Part shown: positions 9,746-19,639 of the stretch, piece by piece | Numbering within the stretch: position 1 is the first letter of the stretch | Layout: every line of letters begins with the position of its first letter | Origin: a virus | DNA: 64,000 nt | Virus record (IMG/VR): IMGVR_UViG_3300025910_000007 | Span: 1-64,000 of that record | Direction: 5' to 3' (one strand) | Made by a program: the position numbers and the translations under genes | The notes under the pieces: model-generated | What the model was told of the DNA's origin: nothing | Database searches by the model: none | The model's input: only the letters and a program-made list of their open reading frames with translations

Positions 9746-10189
9746 TCACTCTCCATAACCTTCAACGGCGTCCCCACCCGGTTCCTGCAACGGTCCATAC
9801 CATTGTCCACCGAATGAGGCGCTGTCGTGACGTTTGTCGTCCCCGGCCCGGTAGTGAAATCCGCATTCCGTAACGCGGACCAACAGGGCGACGAATGCGA
9901 GACTTTCTCGCCACCAGTACCAGCCCGGTGATGTCGGTACGTGCGTAGTCCAGCGCAGTGCCCAACCGGACCGCAGCTTTTCCCACCAGTAACCTTTCGC
10001 GTAGTTCAGAATGCCAACGTAGACGGCTTCATCCTGTTCAGTGGTCATCTTCACGCCGGGACAGTCAGTGGGCAGCGAACCTTCCGCGCCACCACAGACC
10101 TTGCACAACACCAGGCCGCCCTCGCAAATGTTGCAGCCGGGGCAGTCTTCCTTGTCACAGTCTTTTGAGGTTTTGAGTACGTGCTTCAT
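9746..10189 (-). CDS. hypothetical Cys-rich protein
   Basis: CNICEGGL..CKVCGGAEGSLPTDCPG and PTSPGWYWWR motifs. Confidence 0.55.
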   Translation of the reverse strand: MKHVLKTSKDCDKEDCPGCNICEGGLVLCKVCGGAEGSLPTDCPGVKMTTEQDEAVYVGILNYAKGYWWEKLRSGWALRWTTHVPTSPGWYWWRESLAFVALLVRVTECGFHYRAGDDKRHDSASFGGQWYGPLQEPGGDAVEGYGE

Positions 10190-10194
10190 GTTGT

Positions 10195-10401
10195 TTAATC
10201 CTGGCTGTCGAAGTTGTTCAGCAGCACCTGCTCGACTTCGTTGGCCATTTCCCGTAGCCAATTATCCCACTCCTCTTTGTACTTTTTGGTTGCGGTGAGC
10301 ACTGCTTTGGCCAGTGGCGGGAAATCCATTTGCATATCTGCCAGTACCTTGTTGACGATGTTCGCTGCCAACTGATGAATCGTGGCTTTGGTCTGTCTCA
10401 T
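10195..10401 (-). CDS. hypothetical protein
   Basis: operon tiling with overlapping start/stop. Confidence 0.45.
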   Translation of the reverse strand: MRQTKATIHQLAANIVNKVLADMQMDFPPLAKAVLTATKKYKEEWDNWLREMANEVEQVLLNNFDSQD

Positions 10402-10607
10402 GACTGCCCCTTCTTCGATTTGAAACGGTAGATGTTCCGCACGTCTTTACCCGTTTCCAGTTTATACTCTGCCCGTGTCCAGCAGGACCAGACTGGCGTA
10501 TCGCACGCGCAGCCGAATACGATATAGCCGATCTTGTGTCCTTGTTTGTTCAGGCGGTTCAGATAGCCTTTGGGGCGGAATTCTTGTTTGCAGATTGAGC
10601 AGATCAC
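10398..10607 (-). CDS. hypothetical Zn-finger-like protein
   Basis: CSIC...CAC; operon tiling. Confidence 0.4.
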   Translation of the reverse strand: MICSICKQEFRPKGYLNRLNKQGHKIGYIVFGCACDTPVWSCWTRAEYKLETGKDVRNIYRFKSKKGQS

Positions 10608-10611
10608 GATG

Positions 10612-10848
10612 CTATCTCTTTATAACTTTGTCATAGTGTCCAGCAATGCTGCCATCGGTGAAAACGACATGACGTTCCATTGTTGGCACTCGCAGACGTC
10701 GAGATTCTTCTGAGGTGAATTCAGTGAGAATAATCTTGGCGATCTGCTTGTTTTGCCGTTGGCCAGCATTGAAACCGTCTTCTTTGATGTGAATGACTTC
10801 ATCGCCAATGGACAGGCCGTTGTGCGACTGCATGTGAGTGTGTGTCAT
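10612..10848 (-). CDS. hypothetical protein
   Basis: operon tiling. Confidence 0.4.
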   Translation of the reverse strand: MTHTHMQSHNGLSIGDEVIHIKEDGFNAGQRQNKQIAKIILTEFTSEESRRLRVPTMERHVVFTDGSIAGHYDKVIKR

Positions 10849-11039
10849 CTTGCATTCTCTTGCTTCGGTATTAGGCCCCATGTCATTCCATCCGGCAGCG
10901 GTCGCGGCCGGCTAATCAGTATCTCTACTACCTTCGGCGGATAGGATGGGTCTATGTTCGCCGGACCGCTGTAAACGACCTTGCGACCGTCCGCCAGTAC
11001 CAGCGTGACAGTCTGGTAGAGGTGTTTTTCATCATTCAT
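10845..11039 (-). CDS. hypothetical protein
   Basis: operon tiling. Confidence 0.45.
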   Translation of the reverse strand: MNDEKHLYQTVTLVLADGRKVVYSGPANIDPSYPPKVVEILISRPRPLPDGMTWGLIPKQENAR

Positions 11040-11553
11040 TGTGCAGTTCCTTGGCGACGGTCAGACGACGTTGCACTTCGGCGGACACCCTCTTCTCGAA
11101 CGCTTCGTCCAGTCGCTTATCTAGTCCCTCGTCGATCCTCGCCAGCGCTTTTTGAATGCGTGCGTTTGCTTCGCCCAACAACTTCAATTCGTAACGTGTA
11201 ATGCGGCTGTCTGCCGCCTGTTCATACGTCCTGACCATGTCGTCCCAGCATTCGGACGCAATCCTCTTGATCGCATCTTCAGTAGCTTTCTGGATCAACT
11301 CAAACACAGTGTCCTGAATCTGCACCTTGAACTTTCCGGTGCGCTGGTCCCAGACCTCCTTACCGACGTAGGCTTCGATTTCATTTTGAATGCTTTGCGC
11401 CATCTTGGCCAGCACCGGGTCTTGGCAGAGGGCCTTCAGCCGCTTGCGAGCAAACTCCTCGACGATCTGATGTCGCAATTCCACCTCGATCTGTGTGTCG
11501 CCGCCAATCAATCTTTCCAATGCTGGCAGGTTCAATTGCACAATCATGGTCAC
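11032..11553 (-). CDS. hypothetical helical protein
   Basis: 173-aa ORF with GAGG RBS. Confidence 0.55.
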   Translation of the reverse strand: MTMIVQLNLPALERLIGGDTQIEVELRHQIVEEFARKRLKALCQDPVLAKMAQSIQNEIEAYVGKEVWDQRTGKFKVQIQDTVFELIQKATEDAIKRIASECWDDMVRTYEQAADSRITRYELKLLGEANARIQKALARIDEGLDKRLDEAFEKRVSAEVQRRLTVAKELHNE

Positions 11554-11554
11554 C

Positions 11555-12232
11555 TCACAAATGAATTACCTTCCCGCACGCGATCTGTTTGCTGTGCGTA
11601 ATTAGCACGATCTGCGTTGCCATCTCGTCTGCCAACGATTCCAGCAACTGCCGTGCTGCCGGGCGGTGTTCGCGGCTCAGATGACGAAAAGGTTCATCGA
11701 GAAAGAGTATTCGGCGCTTCCTTGGTCGTGATAGCATCAATGACAGCAACCGCAAGGCGAAGGCGGTAACGTCAAGAACGCCACCACCGACGTTACTGGG
11801 GTCTACCTTCCTACCATCTCGCAGGAACCGTAACTGCGCTTCTGTCTTGCCTCTGGCCTGTCTGAAGCCTACCTCGAAGCTGTAAGCATCGGGGCCGAAT
11901 ACCGCTTTCAGACAGCGCGAGACGATGCCTGCAATGCGGGAATGGGCTTTCTGCTGGATCGCTTCTGCGACGGCCTGAATGAGCTGTTGCGCTTGCAGAG
12001 CAGTTTGTTCTCGTTGGGTTGCTGCTGCCAGGGCTTTACGTTCGCTGCGAACGGTGCGAATGGCATGAGCGTAATCGGCTTGCAGACGGGTTAGGCGGGA
12101 CTGGATTTCATCGGTTTGCAAAAAGGGGGTAGTTAGTTGCCCCGCCCGTTCCGCTTCCGCCGCTTGCCCATGCTGGCCGGTCCTCGGCCCGTTTGCCGCT
12201 GCGCTAGCGTTAATAAGGGGGGTATTAGCCAT
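11555..12232 (-). CDS. SbcC/Rad50-like ATPase, C-terminal half
   Basis: signature-like VGGGVLDVTAFALRL, Walker B LFLDEPF, H-loop LITH. Confidence 0.8.
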   Translation of the reverse strand: MANTPLINASAAANGPRTGQHGQAAEAERAGQLTTPFLQTDEIQSRLTRLQADYAHAIRTVRSERKALAAATQREQTALQAQQLIQAVAEAIQQKAHSRIAGIVSRCLKAVFGPDAYSFEVGFRQARGKTEAQLRFLRDGRKVDPSNVGGGVLDVTAFALRLLSLMLSRPRKRRILFLDEPFRHLSREHRPAARQLLESLADEMATQIVLITHSKQIACGKVIHL

Positions 12233-13625
12233 CTACAGCCCCGCTGTAGCGTTTGGGGGCCTTTACAATGGGGTAGATACCCAACGCATCGAAGTACAGC
12301 TGGTGCATCACGCGAAACAGTTCGTTCCGCGCGTACTTCGGAACCAAAAAGCTGTCATGACAGCCCAGACAGGGAATGCTCTGGCAGGTGAAATGGTACA
12401 GCAGGTTGATAGCGATTGTCGAATCTACCCGCATGAGCTTGACGCCCATGTCCTGACCAAAATAGTGGTCGATCCGACGATGGTAGGCACGTACAACCGG
12501 AACGATCTTTTTGAACGTCAGATTGGTGCGGCTGAGAGCGTCCCGTAAGTTGTTCGATTCTGCCAGTGCTTTGCCCCGTTTCCATTCGCCGCCCTTTGTC
12601 CGCGGCAGCAACTTGCGATTGCATGCGCTAATTGCGGCGGTATCTGAATCCGCGTTGAGTAAAGCGTTCACCATCACCTTTGCCAGCAAACGCATGTCCG
12701 GCGTCGTGTCATCGCCCCACAGCCGATAGGGGTCTTCTTTGTAGTCAATCTTTTCCAGATGATACACCATGCGCGGGTGCATACCGCTGTAGTCCATCTC
12801 GACCGATGTAGTTCCGTTGAACTCAATGGATTTCCGTTCGCGTCGCCCCAACGATTGATGCCCGTATCGACCCGTGTACAGCCTGCCATGCTGCTGGAAA
12901 TTGTCAGTGAATATCGCGTAGTGGATTGGTCGCAGCCGGTAGGCGCCGTCGTCGCAATCCTGCACGGTATCCCATCGTTCATAGTAAATGCGGTACAGCC
13001 GATTGACCTTGTTGATGTGGACCAGTTTGGCGTGAGTATCCGCCGCAATGGGATCAGTGGGGTCAAATGGCAGTTCTTCCCTGATGTCGCCACGCTTGCG
13101 CAGAATGACGTAGCTTTTCATCGGGGTTTCCGGTTCGTAATCCCACGGGTCTTTGTGGGCCTGTTCCTTGACCGGCTCTGCTGGTATGGCTCGCGACATC
13201 TTCGGCGATCCTTTCGGGCTGCGGTACAGGTCAATCAGCCCGACGTCATCGGCGCAGTCCTGTACGTTCAATTTCGCTTTGGAACAGTCGGGGCGTTTGG
13301 GGTCACGAGGTGTCAGCACGCAAGCCCCGATCCGGGCCGCTTCTACCAACTCACCGAAGTAATCATGCCAGTACGTTCGTTTTTCGTGTACCTTGTACTT
13401 CTTGAACAACGGCGACTGCATGAGTTGATCGAACAGGACGTCGGCGCGGCGGTTATTTTCGGTGGTGCGCTTGACGCCCTGCCGAATCATCAGTGTTGGT
13501 AACTTATTGTAAACGGCGTCGAGCGGTAGTTTGCCGGATTTGCTGCGGACCTTCGGCCGACGTTCCTGAGCCTGCGCCCACGCTGCTGCACTCGTTTTAC
13601 GCGACGCCTTTGTCGCCTTGGCCAT
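12225..13625 (-). CDS. divergent family-A polymerase/single-subunit RNAP-like palm protein
   Basis: HGRLY, motif A VEMDYSGMHPR, motif B-like AKVMVNALLN, motif C CHDSFLV. Confidence 0.6.
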   Translation of the reverse strand: MAKATKASRKTSAAAWAQAQERRPKVRSKSGKLPLDAVYNKLPTLMIRQGVKRTTENNRRADVLFDQLMQSPLFKKYKVHEKRTYWHDYFGELVEAARIGACVLTPRDPKRPDCSKAKLNVQDCADDVGLIDLYRSPKGSPKMSRAIPAEPVKEQAHKDPWDYEPETPMKSYVILRKRGDIREELPFDPTDPIAADTHAKLVHINKVNRLYRIYYERWDTVQDCDDGAYRLRPIHYAIFTDNFQQHGRLYTGRYGHQSLGRRERKSIEFNGTTSVEMDYSGMHPRMVYHLEKIDYKEDPYRLWGDDTTPDMRLLAKVMVNALLNADSDTAAISACNRKLLPRTKGGEWKRGKALAESNNLRDALSRTNLTFKKIVPVVRAYHRRIDHYFGQDMGVKLMRVDSTIAINLLYHFTCQSIPCLGCHDSFLVPKYARNELFRVMHQLYFDALGIYPIVKAPKRYSGAVDG

Positions 13626-13734
13626 GACAGCCCCCTATCCTCATTTCTGGTAAAGGTTCCGGGTGGCCCGCACGGCATCGGTAGAAACAGATAGGGGGAA
13701 AGCAAACCCGATGAACGGCGGGCCGCGACGGTAG

Positions 13735-13980
13735 CTACTCCGTCTGCCCGGATGCTCCCTTTAGTATATCCTTTTCGGCTGTTGCCCGCTTTGCTGAACA
13801 GGCGGGACACCAATCATTCTGCACTTCATAGTCAACCACACCGAAGACCTTTTTGGTGAATATGCTGGTCCAGCCCTTCGGTGACGCTTGACGTCCTGAT
13901 GCGCAGTGTGCATACGCGATAAGTTCCAGTCGGCAATTGTCGCATGTCCACAAGAACGGATAGACCTGTCTCATGCCCAT
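13735..13980 (-). CDS. hypothetical Zn-finger protein
   Basis: TCDNC...PKGW...WCPAC. Confidence 0.45.
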   Translation of the reverse strand: MGMRQVYPFLWTCDNCRLELIAYAHCASGRQASPKGWTSIFTKKVFGVVDYEVQNDWCPACSAKRATAEKDILKGASGQTE

Positions 13981-13983
13981 CGC

Positions 13984-14361
13984 CTAGCCCTCCCCGCAGA
14001 AACTGAGGATCGCGTCCAGCAGACATTCGATGGGGGGCGTCTCCCATGAGCATGGTTTATACCCCATACCTTGCCCTCCGAGTGTCATTTCATCTTCGTC
14101 AATTCTTTGGAACAAAACAGTAGGCAGGTCTTCCGGCCCTTGCAGGATATCGCGTGATACCACGTAAGTATGATCGTGCCAGCCGGTAAAGGTCCGGGGA
14201 CGCCACCCTTTCTGTTCCCATTCCCGCAGATATCTCGCAGCCCGGTCTTCGCCGCGTTCTTCCAGCCAATCCGCCAGCATCAACTTTGGCGCAGCGACGT
14301 CTGGGCGTTCGAGTATCGCGTCTTTGAAGGCGTTCAGGTCTTTGGTATCGGTAGCAGTCAT
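13984..14361 (-). CDS. TIGR02996-like (Planctomycete repeat-companion) domain protein
   Basis: AFKDAILERPDVAAPKLMLADWLEERGE. Confidence 0.75.
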   Translation of the reverse strand: MTATDTKDLNAFKDAILERPDVAAPKLMLADWLEERGEDRAARYLREWEQKGWRPRTFTGWHDHTYVVSRDILQGPEDLPTVLFQRIDEDEMTLGGQGMGYKPCSWETPPIECLLDAILSFCGEG

Positions 14362-14582
14362 TCGTCGCCTTGCGGTTCAGTCCACCACTGCGGTGGCGTC
14401 AATCCCATGTTGTACCAGTCGCCACGGCCCATTGGCCATTTATGCGGCCACAGTTTGAATATGGCCTGCTTGACCTTGTCTTTCTCCTCTTCGTTGACCT
14501 GCTGGCGGATACCCTGACCAACGCCGGCAATGTTCATGGCGGCATGACCAATCAAGGTAATCATGGCTTCTTGTTTGGTCAT
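14358..14582 (-). CDS. hypothetical protein
   Basis: operon tiling. Confidence 0.45.
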   Translation of the reverse strand: MTKQEAMITLIGHAAMNIAGVGQGIRQQVNEEEKDKVKQAIFKLWPHKWPMGRGDWYNMGLTPPQWWTEPQGDE

Positions 14583-14585
14583 CGT

Positions 14586-14885
14586 TCAATCCAAATCAGC
14601 GATCAGACCGAATTTGCGTGCCAATTTTGCCATCTGCGCACAATCTTCTTTGCTTGCATGTTCATCGAAACAATTGCTGGAAACGTGGTACAGTGCCAAG
14701 GCGAATTCATTTTCGCCAGTCTGTTTGGCCAACTCGCGCAACTGTTTCGCGTATTCGCCGCGTCCAGCGTCAGTAGGGTATGTTCCGCCTTCGACACAGC
14801 CGCGAATTTTCAAACCTTCCATGACCCAGCTGACGAACATGATGGCCAATGCAGCATCGGCGAACGCACCGCTTTGCAAGTTCAT
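14586..14885 (-). CDS. hypothetical protein
   Basis: operon tiling; GGAGG RBS. Confidence 0.45.
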   Translation of the reverse strand: MNLQSGAFADAALAIMFVSWVMEGLKIRGCVEGGTYPTDAGRGEYAKQLRELAKQTGENEFALALYHVSSNCFDEHASKEDCAQMAKLARKFGLIADLD

Positions 14886-15169
14886 ACTTCCTCCAGCCTA
14901 TCGCCATATTCTTGGTTGAACTGCGCCAGCAATTCCGCCGCTTCTGTTTCCGCCTGTTCCGCCTCTCGTTCCAGCTTCTTCAGGCGGGCTTCCAGTTTGT
15001 GCTCATCCGCCGTCCCGTATTGCTTCTCATGCTCAGCATCAATCTGGGCCAGACGTCCAGCCGCCTGATCAGCTTCACGTTGGAGACGTTCCGCCGTTTT
15101 CTTGATACGCTGGAATTCTTCCAGGGTAATGGCGTCGTTCGGCTTGGTCATCATTTCCTCGGCTGACAT
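14882..15169 (-). CDS. small coiled-coil protein, probably part of the split SbcC
   Basis: heptad-rich 95 aa between sbcD and the sbcC C-half. Confidence 0.5.
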   Translation of the reverse strand: MSAEEMMTKPNDAITLEEFQRIKKTAERLQREADQAAGRLAQIDAEHEKQYGTADEHKLEARLKKLEREAEQAETEAAELLAQFNQEYGDRLEEV

Positions 15170-15396
15170 TCCTTTGCATACCGCTGGCAGACGGTATTGA
15201 CAGTGTCGTCAGTGCCAATGCGAATGACCACATCATTGAATACGAGGCCAATTATGCGACTGTCGCGATTGCGTCGCAAATGTTCGATTGTTAGTTCAGC
15301 AGTGCGACCGATCTCACTGCCGGCCGGCGGGTGTAAATAAGTGTCCCACTGTCGCACGTCATCGAGGTATTTCATCTGCCCCGTCCTTTCTTCCAC
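15151..15396 (-). CDS. hypothetical protein
   Basis: operon tiling. Confidence 0.4.
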   Translation of the reverse strand: MEERTGQMKYLDDVRQWDTYLHPPAGSEIGRTAELTIEHLRRNRDSRIIGLVFNDVVIRIGTDDTVNTVCQRYAKECQPRK

Positions 15397-15544
15397 TGTT
15401 TGCGTCGTCGTTTCTTTGGCTTACTGCCCTTGGGCCGAACAATCAACATCTTTGGCGGTTGCGAGAACGACGGCTTGCATATGTCCGTACTGTTACGTGG
15501 ATCGTTTTCGGGCAGTTTGTAACCGCCCTTGCTGCGAGAACCCA

Positions 15545-15799
15545 TCATGTCATCCGGCAATTGACTCGGTGTTCGCGTTCTTCCGCCGTGATGTTGTACT
15601 CTGTTCCGCAAGTGCATTCGTAATTGAGGTAATGGATGCGGTAATTGCGGTTCCATCCTGAACCGCAGGGGGTATTAGTCTTGCTGCACTTCGGGCATTT
15701 GGTAGGGAGGATATCCGCGTATTCCAGTGCTTCCAACATGGCGTTGTCCGCAGCCGAAAGCCTCTGTTGTAATTCGGTCATTATGTGTACTCCAACCAA
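15545..15799 (-). CDS. hypothetical Zn-ribbon protein
   Basis: CPKC...YECTCG. Confidence 0.45.
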   Translation of the reverse strand: MVGVHIMTELQQRLSAADNAMLEALEYADILPTKCPKCSKTNTPCGSGWNRNYRIHYLNYECTCGTEYNITAEEREHRVNCRMT

Positions 15800-15956
15800 T
15801 CCTCATCTCGATGTACGGTGAAGCCGCTTTCCAGTTTCGGGTGGCGCAGACCACGCCCGAGCACGTCCCCCATTCACAACCATTGAATCTCATGTTCCGC
15901 CACAAATGCAAACAGCAGATTTCCAGCTGCATCTGTCATAGTTGCATTGACTGGTG

Positions 15957-16922
15957 TCATTTTCCATCTCCTCTGTCCAGTATCCCTAGCACCGTTCGCC
16001 GTACTTCAGCCGGCGCCCCGTCCAATGCCCGTCGCAACGCTTCACCAAAGTCTACCGCTACGTCAGACAGATTGCCCAACTCCTCAAGGAAATCTTCCAT
16101 GCCCGCAGCCGTCAGGGCCTGCATGCGGTCTGGTTCGATGAATTGATCCTTGCTCACGTCCAGGTAGTGCCGCTCAATGCGCCCGTCGCTGTACAGCAAT
16201 CCGACGCATGGCTTGCTGTCCCGTTCAGCGCTGGTCCGACGCTGGAAACAGCCTGGCACGAACACCGGCGTCTTCCCTTCGCCACTGGACAACAGGCCGC
16301 AGTGATTGTCACCGACAACGCAGGCATCATAGCCTTTCAGACGCTTGCGGAATTCAGCCAACCGGCCCCGTTCTGGCGCCCCCGGATAGCCGGTCTTGGA
16401 TGTCCAGACCATCTCATGACAGACCGCCAGCCGAAAGCCGAATGGATCGACGCTACCGCCAGTCCAGGGCGTCACCGGATGGCCCCACGGGAAACCATGC
16501 AGGATTAGTTTGTTTAATGTCAGGGGCTTGTCCGGCTGTAGATATGTCACTTTGCCTGCCTCAACTAACGTCCAAAACGCACTGCGGTGCAAATCTTCTT
16601 GAGCATGGTTAGGGGTGTCGTGCTGGCCGTTGATGCCGCAGCAATTGGGCATCCGCTTCAGCAAAAAGTTGACAAGCTGCGCAGGCTCATTCCACCGATG
16701 AAGAATATCCCCGGCAACAACCAACGAGCAGCGGTGCTCACTGACCAGCGTAAAAAGTTGCTCCAATTGTCGATCCTGTGCTGTGTACCAGTTCTCATAG
16801 GATCGAGCAATGGGCGGGCGATGGCTAAAATGCAAATCGGAACAGAGGATCGCTAGCACTGTAGGTGGCTGATCCTTCGGCGGTTGCTGAGGTCGGCGGT
16901 CGAAAGGATTGTTCATATTCAC
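15957..16922 (-). CDS. SbcD/Mre11-like metallophosphoesterase nuclease
   Basis: SDLH, AGDILH, GQHD, GDNH motifs. Confidence 0.85.
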   Translation of the reverse strand: MNMNNPFDRRPQQPPKDQPPTVLAILCSDLHFSHRPPIARSYENWYTAQDRQLEQLFTLVSEHRCSLVVAGDILHRWNEPAQLVNFLLKRMPNCCGINGQHDTPNHAQEDLHRSAFWTLVEAGKVTYLQPDKPLTLNKLILHGFPWGHPVTPWTGGSVDPFGFRLAVCHEMVWTSKTGYPGAPERGRLAEFRKRLKGYDACVVGDNHCGLLSSGEGKTPVFVPGCFQRRTSAERDSKPCVGLLYSDGRIERHYLDVSKDQFIEPDRMQALTAAGMEDFLEELGNLSDVAVDFGEALRRALDGAPAEVRRTVLGILDRGDGK

Positions 16923-17374
16923 CGATCACGCATACCATCGAACGGAGTGGGCTCCCCCGCTTCACGATAGATTTTTACGCAGGCGGCGCAGATCGGATCG
17001 TGCAGCGAATCATCTTCCCAGGTGAAAACGCTCTCGGGATTACCGCCGGAGAGCTGGTCAATCAGCTCGTGGATCGCTTTGCATTCTTCGGTAGACAGCG
17101 TAACCATTGGCGTCTCGAACTTTATCGCATGCAAATGCCGTATCAACGCTTCGACGTTCAGAATGGCTTCCTTCGTTACGGGATCGAGGATCGGCGTTTC
17201 TCCGTCCGAAACGCTCAACGCCGTAACCAAGGCTCGTTGTATCCGTCCCAACCATTTACAGATGTTCGACAATTCCTGTTCTGTCATCCGCCGCGGTGGA
17301 CACCGCGGCGGATCGGTGAACATTTCAGTTGATTCTGTAGCCATGTCATTTATCCTCTCCCACATGCAGGGCAC
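16919..17374 (-). CDS. hypothetical protein
   Basis: ORF between sbcC-N and sbcD. Confidence 0.45.
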   Translation of the reverse strand: MPCMWERINDMATESTEMFTDPPRCPPRRMTEQELSNICKWLGRIQRALVTALSVSDGETPILDPVTKEAILNVEALIRHLHAIKFETPMVTLSTEECKAIHELIDQLSGGNPESVFTWEDDSLHDPICAACVKIYREAGEPTPFDGMRDR

Positions 17375-18375
17375 TTCCCCTGCATCGCCCTTGCTAGTTC
17401 CTCATTTGCCCTATCCGCTTCCTGCCGCAGACGCACTACAGTTTCCGCTGCCTCATGCCTTCGCGTCAGTGCTGTTCGCAACCCATTCATTTCTCGTCTC
17501 AGCGTATCCGCCCGTTCTACCGCTGCCCCCAACCTAGCTAATTCATGTGGGGCAATAATTCGCTGAGCGGTATTACGAAGTTTTACCGTTTCCGCCAACG
17601 TCGAACGTAGCCGGTCCACCTGTTTGCGTAAATCCAGCGCCTTCCCCAACGAGGATACGACGCTAGAACACGCCAGGATCGCGTAGGTCGCGTTCTGAGA
17701 GGTTCTTTGGGCGTTTACCCGGTCTTGCAGTCTGGAAGCGATTGCATGCGATTCTAGGCGCTTTTGCTGCGCTACTTCGGACAGCTTTACTATCTTACCC
17801 CACTTAGCTAAAGCATCGGGAACCCAGCATAAGGAAAACTTATGTTGTAATGCTTCAGCCAGGCGCTTTTCCGCGACCGTTACCTCGGCCCTCGCCGCAC
17901 GTACTTCACTGGCAATACCGCTCAGCGTCTGGTCGATCAATCCCAGGTTAACAACGCCGTTCAGTTCGCGGGATACCTCACCGGCAGACAGGAACACCCA
18001 ATAATGCGGGGCATGCTGACCGGCGAAGGATTCTTCTGACAGGTTCAGCAATTGGGCGACGGCCGCGGGAACGGTGCGGGCTTCCCCTGTACCGAATTGG
18101 AGCGGCTGGCCGTCCAGCAGATAGCGATTGCCCTTGCTGCCCTGTTCACGGACGATGCTATGACCGTCGATGATGGCTTCGGTGCGGCAGTGTTTGGCGC
18201 CCCAACGTAACGGTCCGTCCTTCGGCGGTTTGTTCAAACAGAGGAAACGTAGGGCGCGTAGGATTGTAGTCTTGCCCCGATCCGTCGGCCCTTGGATGCT
18301 GGTAGCGCCCGCAGCAAAATCAATGACCAGTTTTTTCCAGCACTGGAAATTGGAGAGGGTGAGGCACTCAAACAT
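17350..18375 (-). CDS. SbcC/Rad50-like ATPase, N-terminal half
   Basis: LSNFQCWK, Walker A GPTDRGKT, coiled coil, terminal CPACG zinc hook. Confidence 0.85.
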   Translation of the reverse strand: MFECLTLSNFQCWKKLVIDFAAGATSIQGPTDRGKTTILRALRFLCLNKPPKDGPLRWGAKHCRTEAIIDGHSIVREQGSKGNRYLLDGQPLQFGTGEARTVPAAVAQLLNLSEESFAGQHAPHYWVFLSAGEVSRELNGVVNLGLIDQTLSGIASEVRAARAEVTVAEKRLAEALQHKFSLCWVPDALAKWGKIVKLSEVAQQKRLESHAIASRLQDRVNAQRTSQNATYAILACSSVVSSLGKALDLRKQVDRLRSTLAETVKLRNTAQRIIAPHELARLGAAVERADTLRREMNGLRTALTRRHEAAETVVRLRQEADRANEELARAMQGKCPACGRG

Positions 18376-18670
18376 TTGACGTTTCTTGTGGGCATTGTTT
18401 GAGATAGCGATGCACTTCATCCAACGTGGCTTCAATCAACCGCTGGATGGCCTGATCGTAGATCGCAGACAGCCCGCCTTGATCTTCCCATGTTTCCAGA
18501 CAACAACGCAGGAACGCCGCCTTTTGTACATGTTCGGTCAGTGGATATGGTTCGCTTGCGCCAATGACGGATGAATGCAATCCCTGACACACTGAAACGA
18601 TATCAGTGTATTGTGGGTAATTCGGTAGAATCGCGTGGCGTTTTTGCATCTGGTTCATACTAATAGCCAC
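18368..18670 (-). CDS. hypothetical protein
   Basis: operon tiling. Confidence 0.4.
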   Translation of the reverse strand: MAISMNQMQKRHAILPNYPQYTDIVSVCQGLHSSVIGASEPYPLTEHVQKAAFLRCCLETWEDQGGLSAIYDQAIQRLIEATLDEVHRYLKQCPQETSNV

Positions 18671-19064
18671 TTCCTTTGGTATATTTCCCTGCTACTTTCT
18701 CTTCAGTCTTCAAGTAGGTCGCAGTTAGTTCCATCGCAATCCAATCAGCAACACTTTTAGCTTCTTTGACATTGCTGCTGTTCATGACCGATCCTTGTGG
18801 CGGATAGTCCAGCCCTCGCAAAGCGGTAAGTACATGCTGCAAAGGCGTTCCACATTGCAAGGCAACAGAGATGACACGAGCCAAAGCATCGCACGTACCA
18901 CGTAAGAGTGTGCCAGCCTTGGCAATGTCTATGAAAATTTCACCGGGGCTGCCATCGTCGTATTCACCGACCGTCAGGTAAATAGTCTGGCTGCCAATTC
19001 GACAGCATTGACGCCAACTATGCCTGCGTGTCGGCAGGCATTTGCGGATTACGTCTTTGCTCAT
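18660..19064 (-). CDS. stand-alone TSCPD domain (class II ribonucleotide reductase C-terminal-like)
   Basis: YLTVGEYDDGSPGEIFI...ALARVISVALQCGTPL...SVADWIA. Confidence 0.8.
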   Translation of the reverse strand: MSKDVIRKCLPTRRHSWRQCCRIGSQTIYLTVGEYDDGSPGEIFIDIAKAGTLLRGTCDALARVISVALQCGTPLQHVLTALRGLDYPPQGSVMNSSNVKEAKSVADWIAMELTATYLKTEEKVAGKYTKGSGY

Positions 19065-19639
19065 GTCTTCAATCCCCGTAATACCTTCCGCAGATGTTCC
19101 GGCTTGACACCGGAAAAGAATGTTTCCAGCTGCATTCCAGTCACGCGAAACACCGTCCCGCCGCACTCGGCCTCCAGCACCAATGAGGGCCGCGGGTATT
19201 CGGCGAACGCCCCAACCTTCCGCAGTATTACCATCAACGTTGATGGGAAGAAGACAACGGCCTCGCGTTGATCCCGTCGTGCAATTACTGCCCAGTAGGG
19301 TATTCTGGCGGCTGTCGCGGTCGCGGCGATTTCATTGAACCATTGGCCCCATTCCGGCTGTCGCTGATGTCTCAACCGATCCAGTATGTCATGCGACGTA
19401 GATCGGCTGTAGCCGCGTTTGAGACTGAATACCAGCAGACGTAGCAACGGGGCGCCGCTGATGTCAGTCAGACCAACGTCGCCAAATTGATTGGCCGTTT
19501 GCTTCTGCTTGCGGCTGCGAACGGTAGCACGAGCACCACTACCGCCGGTACGCCAGAAGACAGAATCCGTTTTGCCTTCGGACCACCACCAGCTGAGTTC
19601 GGAGCAGATGGTTCGTTCAAAAACGGAGCCCTTGGCCAT
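19061..19639 (-). CDS. Holliday junction resolvase (Hjc/PD-(D/E)xK type)
   Basis: KGSVFERTICSELSWW...FWRTGGSGARAT...GDV. Confidence 0.75.
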   Translation of the reverse strand: MAKGSVFERTICSELSWWWSEGKTDSVFWRTGGSGARATVRSRKQKQTANQFGDVGLTDISGAPLLRLLVFSLKRGYSRSTSHDILDRLRHQRQPEWGQWFNEIAATATAARIPYWAVIARRDQREAVVFFPSTLMVILRKVGAFAEYPRPSLVLEAECGGTVFRVTGMQLETFFSGVKPEHLRKVLRGLKT

